Source: a virus. Taken from it: 64,000 nt of DNA. Made by a program: the position numbers and the translations under genes. Positions 41,829 through 51,800 of this stretch are shown here, piece by piece (position 1 is the stretch's first letter; the number at the start of each line of letters is the position of its first letter). The DNA lies in IMG/VR virus record IMGVR_UViG_3300037189_005453, positions 1 to 64,000 of that record. One strand, given 5' to 3'. Below the pieces are notes generated by a model. The model was not told the origin of the DNA, searched no databases, and was given only the letters and a program-made list of their open reading frames with translations.

Positions 41829-43075
41829 TACCAGGACACCCCATAAGTCGTGCAGAACTTACAGGAGATGTTGTCATCGTGAAAACAGCCCTTGTCCCAC
41901 TTCCAGGTAATTGTGGTTGATTCGGGGGCGGAGTTTCGGGACTGTACTACGCGAAGGGTTCGCAGTTCGTCGTCTGTTTCAATTGGGTCAAGGCCCAGAA
42001 TGACATCAGAGTCTTGGAAGAACGAGGACGAATAACCAATTGAGTCTGCAGAAACCTTTCCGCCCTTCATCTTCCATAGCAAAGTCTGGGTGGTGATGAT
42101 TACGGGGATATCAAACTTCTGAGCTACGCGCTTTAGACCACGAGTAATGTTTGTCAGGGCTTGAGGAGTGTTGGCTTCTCCAGTGACCTGGTCAAGCATC
42201 AGGTATACACCGTCAACAATCAAGATGTCGGGAACCAGTTGATCTGCCTTGGCTACGAGAGAGTCGATTGTCAAACCGTTGACTGCGTCTACAAAGTGAA
42301 ACGATTGAGCGGTTTGCATGGCGTCAAGGTGGGCCAGAAGACGGTCCTCCTCATCGGCCTTCAGCTTTCCCTGTCGGAGGTTTGCTGTTGAGATGTGAGC
42401 GCACATAGCGTTAAAGCGAAGCGCCTGCTCGTGATTATTCATCTCAAAGGACTGGAACAAAGGAACTTTTCCAGCAGCATGAACGTTGGCTGCAATGCGA
42501 AGAGCAATTTGAGACTTACCAGTCTTTGGTGGAGCAATAATGGTAATCAACTGCCCACCCTGCAAGCCAGCAGTTGCCTCATCGATCTTTTTAAATCCTG
42601 TGGGAAGTCCCAAGAGCTTGGAGTTCTGTACGTTCTCGTATTCTTCCCAGAACTTGTTAGGGTTCTCTGTTACATCGAGGTGACTTGTTCCTACGATGCC
42701 CTGCTCGTTGACAACGGCAAGAGCCTTACCCATTTCGAGAAGAGCGGCCTCGTGGTCATTTTGGTTCAGCTTCTCGACGATATCCTGCACACCATTACGG
42801 GTGAGTGTACGGCGACGAAACTCAACCATCTTGTCGATGAGATAGTCAAGAGTGTCCTCAACCATGAGTGTCTTGAAGTTGGGGAAGTTGTCGTTGACTG
42901 CGACGGCCGTGGGGACCTCGCGATACGTCGCGTAGTGCTCTCGAACAAACTTCCACACACGACGAAGGTCATCATCTACAATCCAGTCGTCTTTAACTCC
43001 CCGCTCGATGACGGGAATGATATTGCGGTCAAGAATGACCTTACTTACGAGACGATACTCGTTATCTGCTGCCAT
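41828..43075 (-). CDS. dnaB: DnaB-like replicative helicase
   Basis: PTGF..ID, APPKTGKS, SFEM, IVDG, QDSDVIL. Confidence 0.92.
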   Translation of the reverse strand: MAADNEYRLVSKVILDRNIIPVIERGVKDDWIVDDDLRRVWKFVREHYATYREVPTAVAVNDNFPNFKTLMVEDTLDYLIDKMVEFRRRTLTRNGVQDIVEKLNQNDHEAALLEMGKALAVVNEQGIVGTSHLDVTENPNKFWEEYENVQNSKLLGLPTGFKKIDEATAGLQGGQLITIIAPPKTGKSQIALRIAANVHAAGKVPLFQSFEMNNHEQALRFNAMCAHISTANLRQGKLKADEEDRLLAHLDAMQTAQSFHFVDAVNGLTIDSLVAKADQLVPDILIVDGVYLMLDQVTGEANTPQALTNITRGLKRVAQKFDIPVIITTQTLLWKMKGGKVSADSIGYSSSFFQDSDVILGLDPIETDDELRTLRVVQSRNSAPESTTITWKWDKGCFHDDNISCKFCTTYGVSW

Positions 43076-43098
43076 GGTGTGCCCTCCATTACTTAAGT

Positions 43099-43512
43099 TT
43101 AAATGTTTTGTATTTCAATGCCCCAAGAGCCGAAGCGAGCGACTGTTCCTGGATTGGCGATAACGCCTTTGAAGTTTGCTTTGTACGGTAGTTCGTCAAT
43201 CAGTTCTTGCAGATCGTCGTACAGGTAAGAATAATTAAAAGGGTTTCCACCACGGTTGTCAAGTTTGTCCATCATTTTGGACAAAGATCCCTCTGTCCAC
43301 CCGAGATCTTCTGTGGCTGCTAGCTCAAGAGATAGACCATATTTGTAGGAGATGTCCCACAGGTGTTTAAGGTTTTCTTTGATCCACTTTGTTTTAGGAA
43401 CCTGAACTTTACGAAGACCCTTTCGTTCTTCTGAAAAAGTAACCTCTGCTACGACATCAACCATCACAACAAGTCGTGGCGGTGTTTCGTTGGAGATGTC
43501 TCCGTTAATCAA
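43099..43512 (-). CDS. hypothetical protein
   Basis: 137 aa, GAGG RBS. Confidence 0.75.
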   Translation of the reverse strand: MINGDISNETPPRLVVMVDVVAEVTFSEERKGLRKVQVPKTKWIKENLKHLWDISYKYGLSLELAATEDLGWTEGSLSKMMDKLDNRGGNPFNYSYLYDDLQELIDELPYKANFKGVIANPGTVARFGSWGIEIQNI

Positions 43513-43813
43513 TTACCTCAACCTTGCCGTACTTGATAACAAAATCACGGAATGATTCGGCGCTCTTCATGGCAGCTATGGCGATGTTCTCATCAACATC
43601 TACGGGGATCTGGATTGAATAGTGGCCGTCGTTCTCTTCCATTGCGTCTTTTACAAACTTTATGTGCTTACACTTAGCAAGGCGCTGGAATCCTTGGCAC
43701 GTGCAGCGAGCTTTGTTGTGGTTTTCTTGATCTACTTCAACCTCGACTACGCCGTAGTCTTCTAGAAACAGCTGTACGGTTCTCCACGCAATATCCATAT
43801 TTACATCTTTCAT
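43505..43813 (-). CDS. SWIM zinc-finger protein
   Basis: CTC...CKH. Confidence 0.75.
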   Translation of the reverse strand: MKDVNMDIAWRTVQLFLEDYGVVEVEVDQENHNKARCTCQGFQRLAKCKHIKFVKDAMEENDGHYSIQIPVDVDENIAIAAMKSAESFRDFVIKYGKVEVID

Positions 43814-44529
43814 TGTTTACGAAGGTCCTCTCCTATCATACGTACATGGTAGAAAGCTTCGTGGGCGAAACTTCCCATGGCTGCACCGTACTGGGCATCC
43901 CACTGTTCACGGGGGATGTTGGTTGTCATTAAAGTAGGCAGTGACTTATCGTAGCGCGAGCGTAGGAGCTCGTCAAACGATGTGTCGTCGTACTTTGATC
44001 CGTACTCTTTACCGACATCATCAATTACCAGAAGGCGAACATTGAGACGGTCATCTTCGCAACGTCCATGAAAACCCTCCATCTCACGGAAGAGTTGGGC
44101 ACGCGAGTCTGCGTCTGCGTCAATCAACGCTTTCTTACGAGACAAGAATTCTGGGAACGTCATGTAGTACGCAGGTCGTGCTGCCATCCCATACACCTCG
44201 GGAGACATGCCCAAGATCTCTCGAGCGGCCTTGTCCTCGTTGGGCAGGTTTCGCAAAAACTCCATCAACGTGATAAGTGCAAGGGTTGTCTTGCCACGAC
44301 CTGGCTTGCCGTCAAACAAAATGCCTACGCCAGTAATGCCGATGTCGCCTGTGTTTTTGATAACAAGCCCGCTCAATGCTCGCTCATCCCAACGAGCAAC
44401 CTCGTCAAGATAAGCACCAACCTTGTCGGCAACGTCGGAGGGTTCTAGTCCCAGGAAGCGTTGAGGTATGTTTGCGCTACGAAGCCAGTGTCGTTTTAGT
44501 GATGACACTTCTTCAGGTGTGTAAGTCAT
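43810..44529 (-). CDS. DnaC/IstB-like AAA+ ATPase (helicase loader)
   Basis: GKPGRGKT, LLVIDDVGKE, PTLMTTN. Confidence 0.88.
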   Translation of the reverse strand: MTYTPEEVSSLKRHWLRSANIPQRFLGLEPSDVADKVGAYLDEVARWDERALSGLVIKNTGDIGITGVGILFDGKPGRGKTTLALITLMEFLRNLPNEDKAAREILGMSPEVYGMAARPAYYMTFPEFLSRKKALIDADADSRAQLFREMEGFHGRCEDDRLNVRLLVIDDVGKEYGSKYDDTSFDELLRSRYDKSLPTLMTTNIPREQWDAQYGAAMGSFAHEAFYHVRMIGEDLRKQ

Positions 44530-44549
44530 GATTCTCCTTTCATGATGAC

Positions 44550-44804
44550 TTAAAGTTTGGTGATGTCTGGTTTGGGGATATCCATATTACCAGTAGCTAG
44601 TCGGTAAGCAGCAAGTCCCTGCATGAGCGTGTCTTGAATCAACTTCTGCTGTTCGTCGATCTTATCTTGGACCTGCTTGTACTGTGCGAAAGTTAGCTCA
44701 GCTTTATTAGCTTCCACCATTTCTACCGCAATGTCAAGGTTGGCCCAAGCCTTGGCGCAGTCCATCTGGGTCTGCTCCCACTCTTTGGTTGCTTTGTCGG
44801 TCAT
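44550..44804 (-). CDS. hypothetical protein
   Basis: AGGAGG RBS before MTDKAT. Confidence 0.7.
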   Translation of the reverse strand: MTDKATKEWEQTQMDCAKAWANLDIAVEMVEANKAELTFAQYKQVQDKIDEQQKLIQDTLMQGLAAYRLATGNMDIPKPDITKL

Positions 44805-44908
44805 TAGTGTCCTCCTATCAAGGATATGATTGAGGAGCAAATAATTGCCCCAACGATTATTCCCGTTACAAATATGATGTTGAACCAGTCGGAATCTTTG
44901 TTATCCAT
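44804..44908 (-). CDS. 34-aa membrane peptide
   Basis: MDNKDSDWFNIIFVTGIIVGAIICSSIISLIGGH, overlaps both neighbours. Confidence 0.5.
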   Translation of the reverse strand: MDNKDSDWFNIIFVTGIIVGAIICSSIISLIGGH

Positions 44909-45761
44909 TTTTGAGTTTCTTTTCATAATAGTCAAGGTTGGCTCGACCAGAAAGAGACTTGTCAAATCGAGTTCCATCTGAGGCGTACAGGTACTCGATA
45001 GACTCGGCCAGTTCGATGGCGGATCCGATAGTAACCTCAGTGCGGATAGAACCGATGTTGTTTGTAAAGTACGCCAGGAAAATACCGATGGTGTTACGTG
45101 GGCTCTTTTTTATCAGGTTGATGTTTCGCTGGTCACCAAAGAACTTCTCAATAATTGCAAGTTCGTGCTCAGCAGTGATGTCGTACTTCTTGCGGTTCAT
45201 GGCTAGCACTCCGCGAAGCTTCATTGTGTTCACCAGGTTTGGCACTCCGCGAACATTGTCGTAGAGCCGTGAAGCAAACTCACAGGCTACGTCCATGGCT
45301 GTCCACTCTGCCTGTGGGCGTACAAAGCGGGTCTTGGGGTCTGCCTTGCTTACTTTCTCGGTTGAGATTGTTGGTTCGTCTAGTAATCCAAATGACATTT
45401 GGTCTTCATCCTCTTCTTTCCATTTGTTGACCATGATTTCCTTCCCCGCGCCATCGGCGCGGAAAGAATACGAAGTATTCTTTACTATGACTAACTTAGT
45501 ACTTTGGTTAATGTAGTCATTATTGTTACCTTGGTCAGCTGTTGATGTTTCAAAGTTTAGCACCTTGTATCGATTCTTGTAAAGCCGCCCCAGGTTACGC
45601 TTGGTGCGCGTTGTTTCTACGAGTCCGCGATCAGTCAACACGGTCAGAGCACGCCAAAGTGTGGTGCGGCTCATGCCCGTCATTTCTGACAACTCGTCCA
45701 TCGTGAGACGGGTCTCTCCCCATCGGTCTTTCTTATCTGAAAGAACCGTCAGCAAAGACAT
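44901..45761 (-). CDS. winged-HTH protein, probable replication initiator
   Basis: TMDELSEMTGMSRTTLWRALTVLTDRGLV; upstream of DnaC/DnaB/primase. Confidence 0.7.
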   Translation of the reverse strand: MSLLTVLSDKKDRWGETRLTMDELSEMTGMSRTTLWRALTVLTDRGLVETTRTKRNLGRLYKNRYKVLNFETSTADQGNNNDYINQSTKLVIVKNTSYSFRADGAGKEIMVNKWKEEDEDQMSFGLLDEPTISTEKVSKADPKTRFVRPQAEWTAMDVACEFASRLYDNVRGVPNLVNTMKLRGVLAMNRKKYDITAEHELAIIEKFFGDQRNINLIKKSPRNTIGIFLAYFTNNIGSIRTEVTIGSAIELAESIEYLYASDGTRFDKSLSGRANLDYYEKKLKNG

Positions 45762-45798
45762 CTCACGGCGTTTTAATCCGTGAATGTGATCCTCCTGA

Positions 45799-46065
45799 TT
45801 AACGTTTGATGTTAACTATAGAGGCTCGCTCCAACAAAATCAACAAGGCGTTTGAAAAAAATCCTGCGGCGAGTGTGACGACGACATCGCTAGGCCACGG
45901 GACGCCGAGAAGATAGGTTGCTCCAAAGGCAAGTGGGATCGTTAGCCAAAGGCGAACTGCTCGAGGAGACAGCCACCAAAGCCAAGATCCAAGAGTGTTG
46001 TTAATAAACTCAATCGTAAAAGCCGTGGCTAGTCCAGCCACAATAGTCCAAATTAAAACATCCAT
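45799..46065 (-). CDS. small multi-TM membrane protein
   Basis: Three hydrophobic segments; leaderless (TAAGAT-6 nt-ATG). Confidence 0.7.
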   Translation of the reverse strand: MDVLIWTIVAGLATAFTIEFINNTLGSWLWWLSPRAVRLWLTIPLAFGATYLLGVPWPSDVVVTLAAGFFSNALLILLERASIVNIKR

Positions 46066-46077
46066 GCGGACATCTTA

Positions 46078-48279
46078 CTACGAGATTCCTCCGACGTATG
46101 GTCCTTTGTACGTGTCGATGTAATACGGTGTTCCAAAACCGATATAACTTTCGATCTCTGTTTTGAGGCGTCCCAATCGAACAGACCTGGCTGGGTAGTT
46201 TCCAGAGTATGCCGCACTGGCAGCGTCTCCTTGCCACTCACTTCCACTACCTGTCAGATAACCGTCAAAGTAATCAGTAGGAACGTTTGACTGCTCAAAT
46301 TGCGCAGCGTCAAAGTAAACAACGCTGTTATTGGCGGGCGTAGTTGTCGATTGTACATAGAGGAGGGCTTGGGTAGCGTTGGCGGGCGCTTTACCGCTGA
46401 TTGAAAGTCGTGTCCACCCTGTAGTTGAAGGGGTTACCTCCGCGCTAGTCATTGTGCCACCAGCTGTAGTGATAAGCGTTGTTCCGTTGTAGAACTTTAC
46501 GCTCACCGTATACTTAGCAGCAGTGTTTGCGTCTTTAACGTAAATAGATCCTGAGTAATAGTTCCCTACAGTTACGGGAATATAATCAGACGCGTATGCC
46601 GTAAGTACCCCAGATCCATTGGACGTTGCCGAAAGACAGGTAGTTCCAGTAAATGCGGTTGTTGCCACTTGCGCTAACGAGGCGTTGGTCCCAGCCCAAC
46701 CTGTTGTATTTACTAGAAAACTTGGGTTTTTAATGTAGTTAATTTTTGACGGAGCAAGAGTGATGATAACTCCGCGAGGTTCCTGATACGAGGTTGCTGT
46801 TGATGATTGCTCGAACTGAACCATGTCTATATACATAGGATAATTTTGGCTTACAAAAGTAACGACAATACCCACATAGACGGCGTTAGTTGGGGCAGTT
46901 ACGTTTTCTACTTTGTACTGTGCCCATCCACCCTCAATAGTTACAGATCCACTACTGCTGCTGATATAGAGGCCGCGTTTGTCATACCACTTTACTTCCA
47001 CCGTGGTGTTGTCTACGTCAGACCCCTCAGTTTCGGCACCTTCTTTTGCGTACATAGAGAAGCTGTATGAAAGACCTGCAGTTACTGGTACACCCCGATT
47101 AATGGGGTCTACTGTACCCAAAGCTATTGCTTGGTTTGTAGCTGACGGGTTGATCTTGGCGCAATAAACCGTGTCTAAGGTCCTCAGAACCGTGGAAGAA
47201 GTTAGGGGTTCTTGGTCGGAAACAACAGACAAAGAAACATTGGATGTTGTAGTTGTCCAGTTACCCACGGGAGGAAGAGATGTGCTGTTAGTTACCGCAG
47301 AGTTATACCTGTCTTGCCAATCTTGAATATCAAACGTAGAGTCTTCATGCGACAGCAGCAAGTTAACTGTGTCTGACAAAGTTGCTGCATAGCCAGTCAT
47401 GCTTTGTACCAGCAACTGAAGTCCAGGAGTAGTTCCCTTTTCAGAGTAGATCTGTACTGCGTTCCTAAGAAGAAGTCGCTGAGTGTTAGTCACTGTCTCC
47501 ACATCTTGGGTCATGCCCAGTTCTTGGGATCCAAGATAAACAGACATTGGGGCAGAGTAGTGAAGAGAAACGCTAGGGGCAATAAGCTGCGTAAAGGTCA
47601 TGAACTCATCAAGAGTAAAAGAAAACGCAGACAAGAAGGTAGAGATTAACGAGTTGTCTTTATAACCAGTGTTGTCCGCGTATCGGTCATAAGTATTATT
47701 GACGACATCTGTACCACTGTTTGTAGAGGTGGTAATAACTCTGGGAAGAGTTTCCATGAAACGATCATGGGTTGTAGAAAGGGTGGGAATTAAACTCGCG
47801 TTGTTATAGACGTACGCATCACCAGTAACGTACGTCGGCTTTCCCGTAGACGTAATCTTTGAGACACTGTATTTTGCGTCACGTCCAATTCCCAGAGTGT
47901 GTGGGGAGGGTACGAGGGTAAACGCGTCTCCAGCCTGAACCCAGTCTGAGGTGCTAGTTAGCTGCACCCAGGTTCGATAAAAAGTAAACCTACCAGGAAC
48001 TAAAGGAGCTGTTAGGTTTGAGGAGGTGTCGTTGATTAGCGATGTAGTGGGTGCTCCCACCGATGAGTAAATGATCACACCGTCTTCTTGAGTTTGCGGG
48101 TACCCACGTTGGCTGCGCACTACTCGAAAGTTTGAGTAAGAACCCGAAGGAGTATTCCAAGAAACTTCTACCGTCGAGTAATCTATGGCAGTGGCCGTCA
48201 CTGGCCTAGCGGAAAACGCTAGAGGGCTTTTGGTTCCGTAGTATCCAGTGCTGTAGTAAAACTCATTATAAATAGGCAT
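46078..48279 (-). CDS. baseplate/tail protein (gpI-like wedge region plus two carbohydrate-binding-like modules)
   Basis: YSEKGT..GL; NPSF...DAAQFEQ and DMVQFEQ repeats; tail module context. Confidence 0.75.
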   Translation of the reverse strand: MPIYNEFYYSTGYYGTKSPLAFSARPVTATAIDYSTVEVSWNTPSGSYSNFRVVRSQRGYPQTQEDGVIIYSSVGAPTTSLINDTSSNLTAPLVPGRFTFYRTWVQLTSTSDWVQAGDAFTLVPSPHTLGIGRDAKYSVSKITSTGKPTYVTGDAYVYNNASLIPTLSTTHDRFMETLPRVITTSTNSGTDVVNNTYDRYADNTGYKDNSLISTFLSAFSFTLDEFMTFTQLIAPSVSLHYSAPMSVYLGSQELGMTQDVETVTNTQRLLLRNAVQIYSEKGTTPGLQLLVQSMTGYAATLSDTVNLLLSHEDSTFDIQDWQDRYNSAVTNSTSLPPVGNWTTTTSNVSLSVVSDQEPLTSSTVLRTLDTVYCAKINPSATNQAIALGTVDPINRGVPVTAGLSYSFSMYAKEGAETEGSDVDNTTVEVKWYDKRGLYISSSSGSVTIEGGWAQYKVENVTAPTNAVYVGIVVTFVSQNYPMYIDMVQFEQSSTATSYQEPRGVIITLAPSKINYIKNPSFLVNTTGWAGTNASLAQVATTAFTGTTCLSATSNGSGVLTAYASDYIPVTVGNYYSGSIYVKDANTAAKYTVSVKFYNGTTLITTAGGTMTSAEVTPSTTGWTRLSISGKAPANATQALLYVQSTTTPANNSVVYFDAAQFEQSNVPTDYFDGYLTGSGSEWQGDAASAAYSGNYPARSVRLGRLKTEIESYIGFGTPYYIDTYKGPYVGGIS

Positions 48280-48283
48280 TTAA

Positions 48284-48511
48284 TTACGGTGTCCCGCCAT
48301 CAATTCCCGAAGAAAAGGAAGATACGGTGTTCTGGAGTGACGCCAAGGCCGCAGTAACTCCGCCCGTGCTGGTAAGGTCACTATAGGTCCCAAGCTGCTT
48401 CTGGATGGCAGTGATCTCGTCATAAGCCGTGTTTACGTCAGAAGCAACAACTTTGTCCTGGTTGTCTACTTTATACGTAAAAGATTTTACTGATGCTGGG
48501 TAACTTGCCAT
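48284..48511 (-). CDS. small tail-associated protein
   Basis: AGGAG RBS; ends IDGGTP. Confidence 0.65.
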   Translation of the reverse strand: MASYPASVKSFTYKVDNQDKVVASDVNTAYDEITAIQKQLGTYSDLTSTGGVTAALASLQNTVSSFSSGIDGGTP

Positions 48512-48526
48512 AATAACTCCTAAAGA

Positions 48527-48841
48527 TTAGGCACTTCCACCATCTATTGTACTAGATGAGGTAGTTGCTGTGGATATAGTTGAGGCAAGGTTGTCTGTAA
48601 AGCTACCGTGCCAAATAGGATAAGACGGATCTCCGCCTTCAAACTGCACCCAGACCCCTTGGCCAGGTTTAGGGATTGAAGAAACAAATCCCACGGGCCA
48701 AGCCCACTGCGTCTCGTTGTTAGCTAAGATTTGTGGTACTTGGACCTTAACCCTGTTTTTGCTTAGTGGGTCTTGAACGTTTGATACGATTCCTCGGTAA
48801 ACACCAAAGAAGCGTGTATTACCATAAGAATCTTTTATCAT
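48527..48841 (-). CDS. baseplate spike gp5/gpV-like OB-fold protein
   Basis: YRGIV..DPL..RVKVQVP..WAWP..GVWVQFEGGDPSYPIW. Confidence 0.88.
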   Translation of the reverse strand: MIKDSYGNTRFFGVYRGIVSNVQDPLSKNRVKVQVPQILANNETQWAWPVGFVSSIPKPGQGVWVQFEGGDPSYPIWHGSFTDNLASTISTATTSSSTIDGGSA

Positions 48842-51800
48842 GACGTGGCAACCGATACCTTAAACTTGTACGAGTTAACAGTGACGCCGTCTTGTGCAGT
48901 AACAACAATGATAAGTGTTGTATCGGGAACTTTAAGGTTGGAAACGGTGTAGGTAGTAGTTCCTCCAACCGTAGCCTCCGTAGCAATGTTGTCATTAACA
49001 GAGACTGATGCCAGCGCGTCATTGGTACTAGCCACAATGTTAATCTTGGCACTGTTGTAAGGCAAGGCCAAGGTGTACGAGTAAACTCCCGAGTTAATTG
49101 TCGGACTAATTGTTCCAGCTCCCAAAGACGTACCCGAGCTGTCATAAGCCGTAATTGTTACAGGAGCAATCAGGTTAGCATTTGTACTTGTGGCAGTAAT
49201 TCCAATATCTGAACCTGAGAATACAAATAGCTCATATGGATCTCCAATCAAGCTGTTACGCCCATTTCCACCATCACGGTAGAGGCCAACAACTCGAGCA
49301 TTTGCAACCCCGTCAACCTGACGAATCTTAAACTCAACTTCTTCTGGAGTAATAACATCAGCAAAAGTCAAGTTGTCATATGAGAATGAGTCGAGAATAG
49401 ACTGCTTAATTGCAGTTTCTACAAGACCCTGGTTGTACTGAGGAAGAAGGCTGTACTGAAGCTCTACGTGAATAGGACTGTAAACTGGCTCAAGGACAGT
49501 GACCGTTGTTCCAATCTGCTTCTTTGAAGCAAGGTAATCTGCTACGTAGCCTTTGTACTGTGCCATTGCTGTAGTTGCGATGCCAGCATCATCAACGCCA
49601 GGAGTTGTTTCTCCTCCAGAGGTGGGAGCAATGTAGATTGTTACTGAGCTTCGAGAATTGGCAACTGCGTTAGCCTTTACAATTCCATCAACAGACAGCG
49701 CCAGGTTTGAGAAGTCCTCGAGAGTAACCGCACGGTTAAGGGCTCGAAGGCTCTTGGGGGCATTGTAACGAATAGAGTCGTTACTCTCAGGATCAGCCCC
49801 ACCGACTGCCGCAGCCGTGTTTGTAACAGTCATACTGTTCTTAATCGTGTCCGAGTTTACGCCCACAACACTGTTCCACGTAGTAAGCGAGCCCGCAGAA
49901 ACGTTGCCGATTGCTCCTCCACCAGCAAAATAGACTGCTTTAATCCCTGAGTCACGGTTTGGAATCATTCCCGAAATTCCATCACCAAAAGTTGCACGAA
50001 CCTCTCCAGAAGCAAGCACGTCAACTTGAAAAACCTTTGAGGAAGGCGTGTAGTCATTCACGTGCTCAACTTGCAGCCACTCTTCCCAAGAAATGCTGGT
50101 ATCTACAAATACACGGACGTCTCGTGTCGCTACCTCAACTTCTTTTAGTGCAAAAGATTGGTCCGCAGATCCATCTGAAAAACCAAGAAGTTCACCAGCA
50201 ATGTCGTATGGCTTTGCCACCGAATTGGCGGCGTTTTCGGTACGCAAAGACACGTCTTCTCCGTGGCGAGCCAAGACAGACGCCGATGAACGGAAAGGAA
50301 CAGAGAGATCAGAAAGAGTAGAGAAGATAATCTGCTTTGTTACTCCTTCAACGGTCACGTTTGTACTTACTTGAGTTCCTTTGGGAACAATCGTTGACCC
50401 AACGGCAGTGACGTATGGCCCACTTGTAACAAGGGTAGGAATGTTTGCATAAACAATTTCTCCACCAGAAGTGTATGTTCCTCCAACAACAGGTGTAGCC
50501 AAAGCGTTTGTCGAGGAAGCCCATGATCCAGAGAAACCAGAGGGCTTTGCAATTGTAAAGTACTCAGAAACAGCGGATCCGCTTGAACGGCATTCGCCAA
50601 AAACATTTGCACCTCCGATAGTAAAGCTGTACATAGTTGCTGTTGGACTGGTTGAATTAACTGCGTCGTATGTCTGGGTCCAGTAACCTTCTACAACAAA
50701 CGAAGTGGGTGTAGGAACTGCGAGGATTTTTGCAGCAACAAGATTGTAGACGTTAGTGCTTGTAACTGTTGTGTCGGCAAGGTTAGCGACACCAGTGATC
50801 GTCACGTAGTCATTTGTCAAGAAACTGTGAGTAGAAGAAGTCTGGAAAGTAATTCTTCCCGAACTGGGCGACGCACCTACAACACTGTTGATTGTAAAAG
50901 GAACTGTTCCCACAGCCGTAATGGTTTGGTCTGTAAGGTTGTACCCAAGATCATCTTGTGCAACCTCGTTACCAGCGCTAGCAATACTTCGAGTGGTAAC
51001 GTAGTCTCCTACTGCAAATGCTTGGCTAACATAATACGTGGGAACGCCAGTAGTGACCGTTGCCCTAGAAACAATTGCTTCAACATTTTTTCTAGAAGTG
51101 ATCACCTTGTTAGCCAGGTTAAAAAGCGTTCCAGCTACGGTAGCTGAAGCGGTTGCTCCTGTAACAGAACCTCCAGTGGCGCTGTTTAATACGGTGAACT
51201 GACTAGATGTCGCCGTGTTTACAAGTACGTTCGTGAGGTTGAAAGCGGTAGTAGAAAGGCCTGTAACGCTAACTGTCTGGCCAGCAGCAAAAGAGTTTGT
51301 TGCTGTGTAGGTTACGGTTGGAAGTTGGATTGTAGCCGTCGCTGTTGCACCAGTGACTCCAGCTCCTGTTGCAGAGTTTGTGACAGTGAACTGCGTACTA
51401 GACGCCGTAGCAATTTGCACGTTAGTGAGGTTAAATGCGGTTGTGGAAATCCCTGTAATGCTTACGTACTGGCCGTTAGTGAATGAGTTATTGGCGGTAT
51501 AAGTTACAGTCCCTCCAGCGGCAGAAGCAGCTGTGACCGTTGCTGTGACTGAAGACGCGGTATATCCAGCCGAAGCAGCAGTTACCGTTGCGGTTTTGTC
51601 TACAAATCCTGTAATTGTTACCGTTTCTCCCGTAACAAAGCCGTTCCAAGCAGAGTACATGAGGTAATCGGTTCCAGAAATGGTGGTTACCTTAGCGCTA
51701 CTAATGCTTGCATCGGTACTGAAACTCGTGATGGGATCTACGTAAGTTGTTCGGATGTAAACCTGCAAAGGAGTAGTGGAAGTTTCTGGAGTAACTGAGT

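Noticed and set aside
33327-43075. Inteins or introns in RecA, PolA, SNF2, primase or DnaB
   Set aside because: ORFs are continuous and of normal length with no splicing motifs
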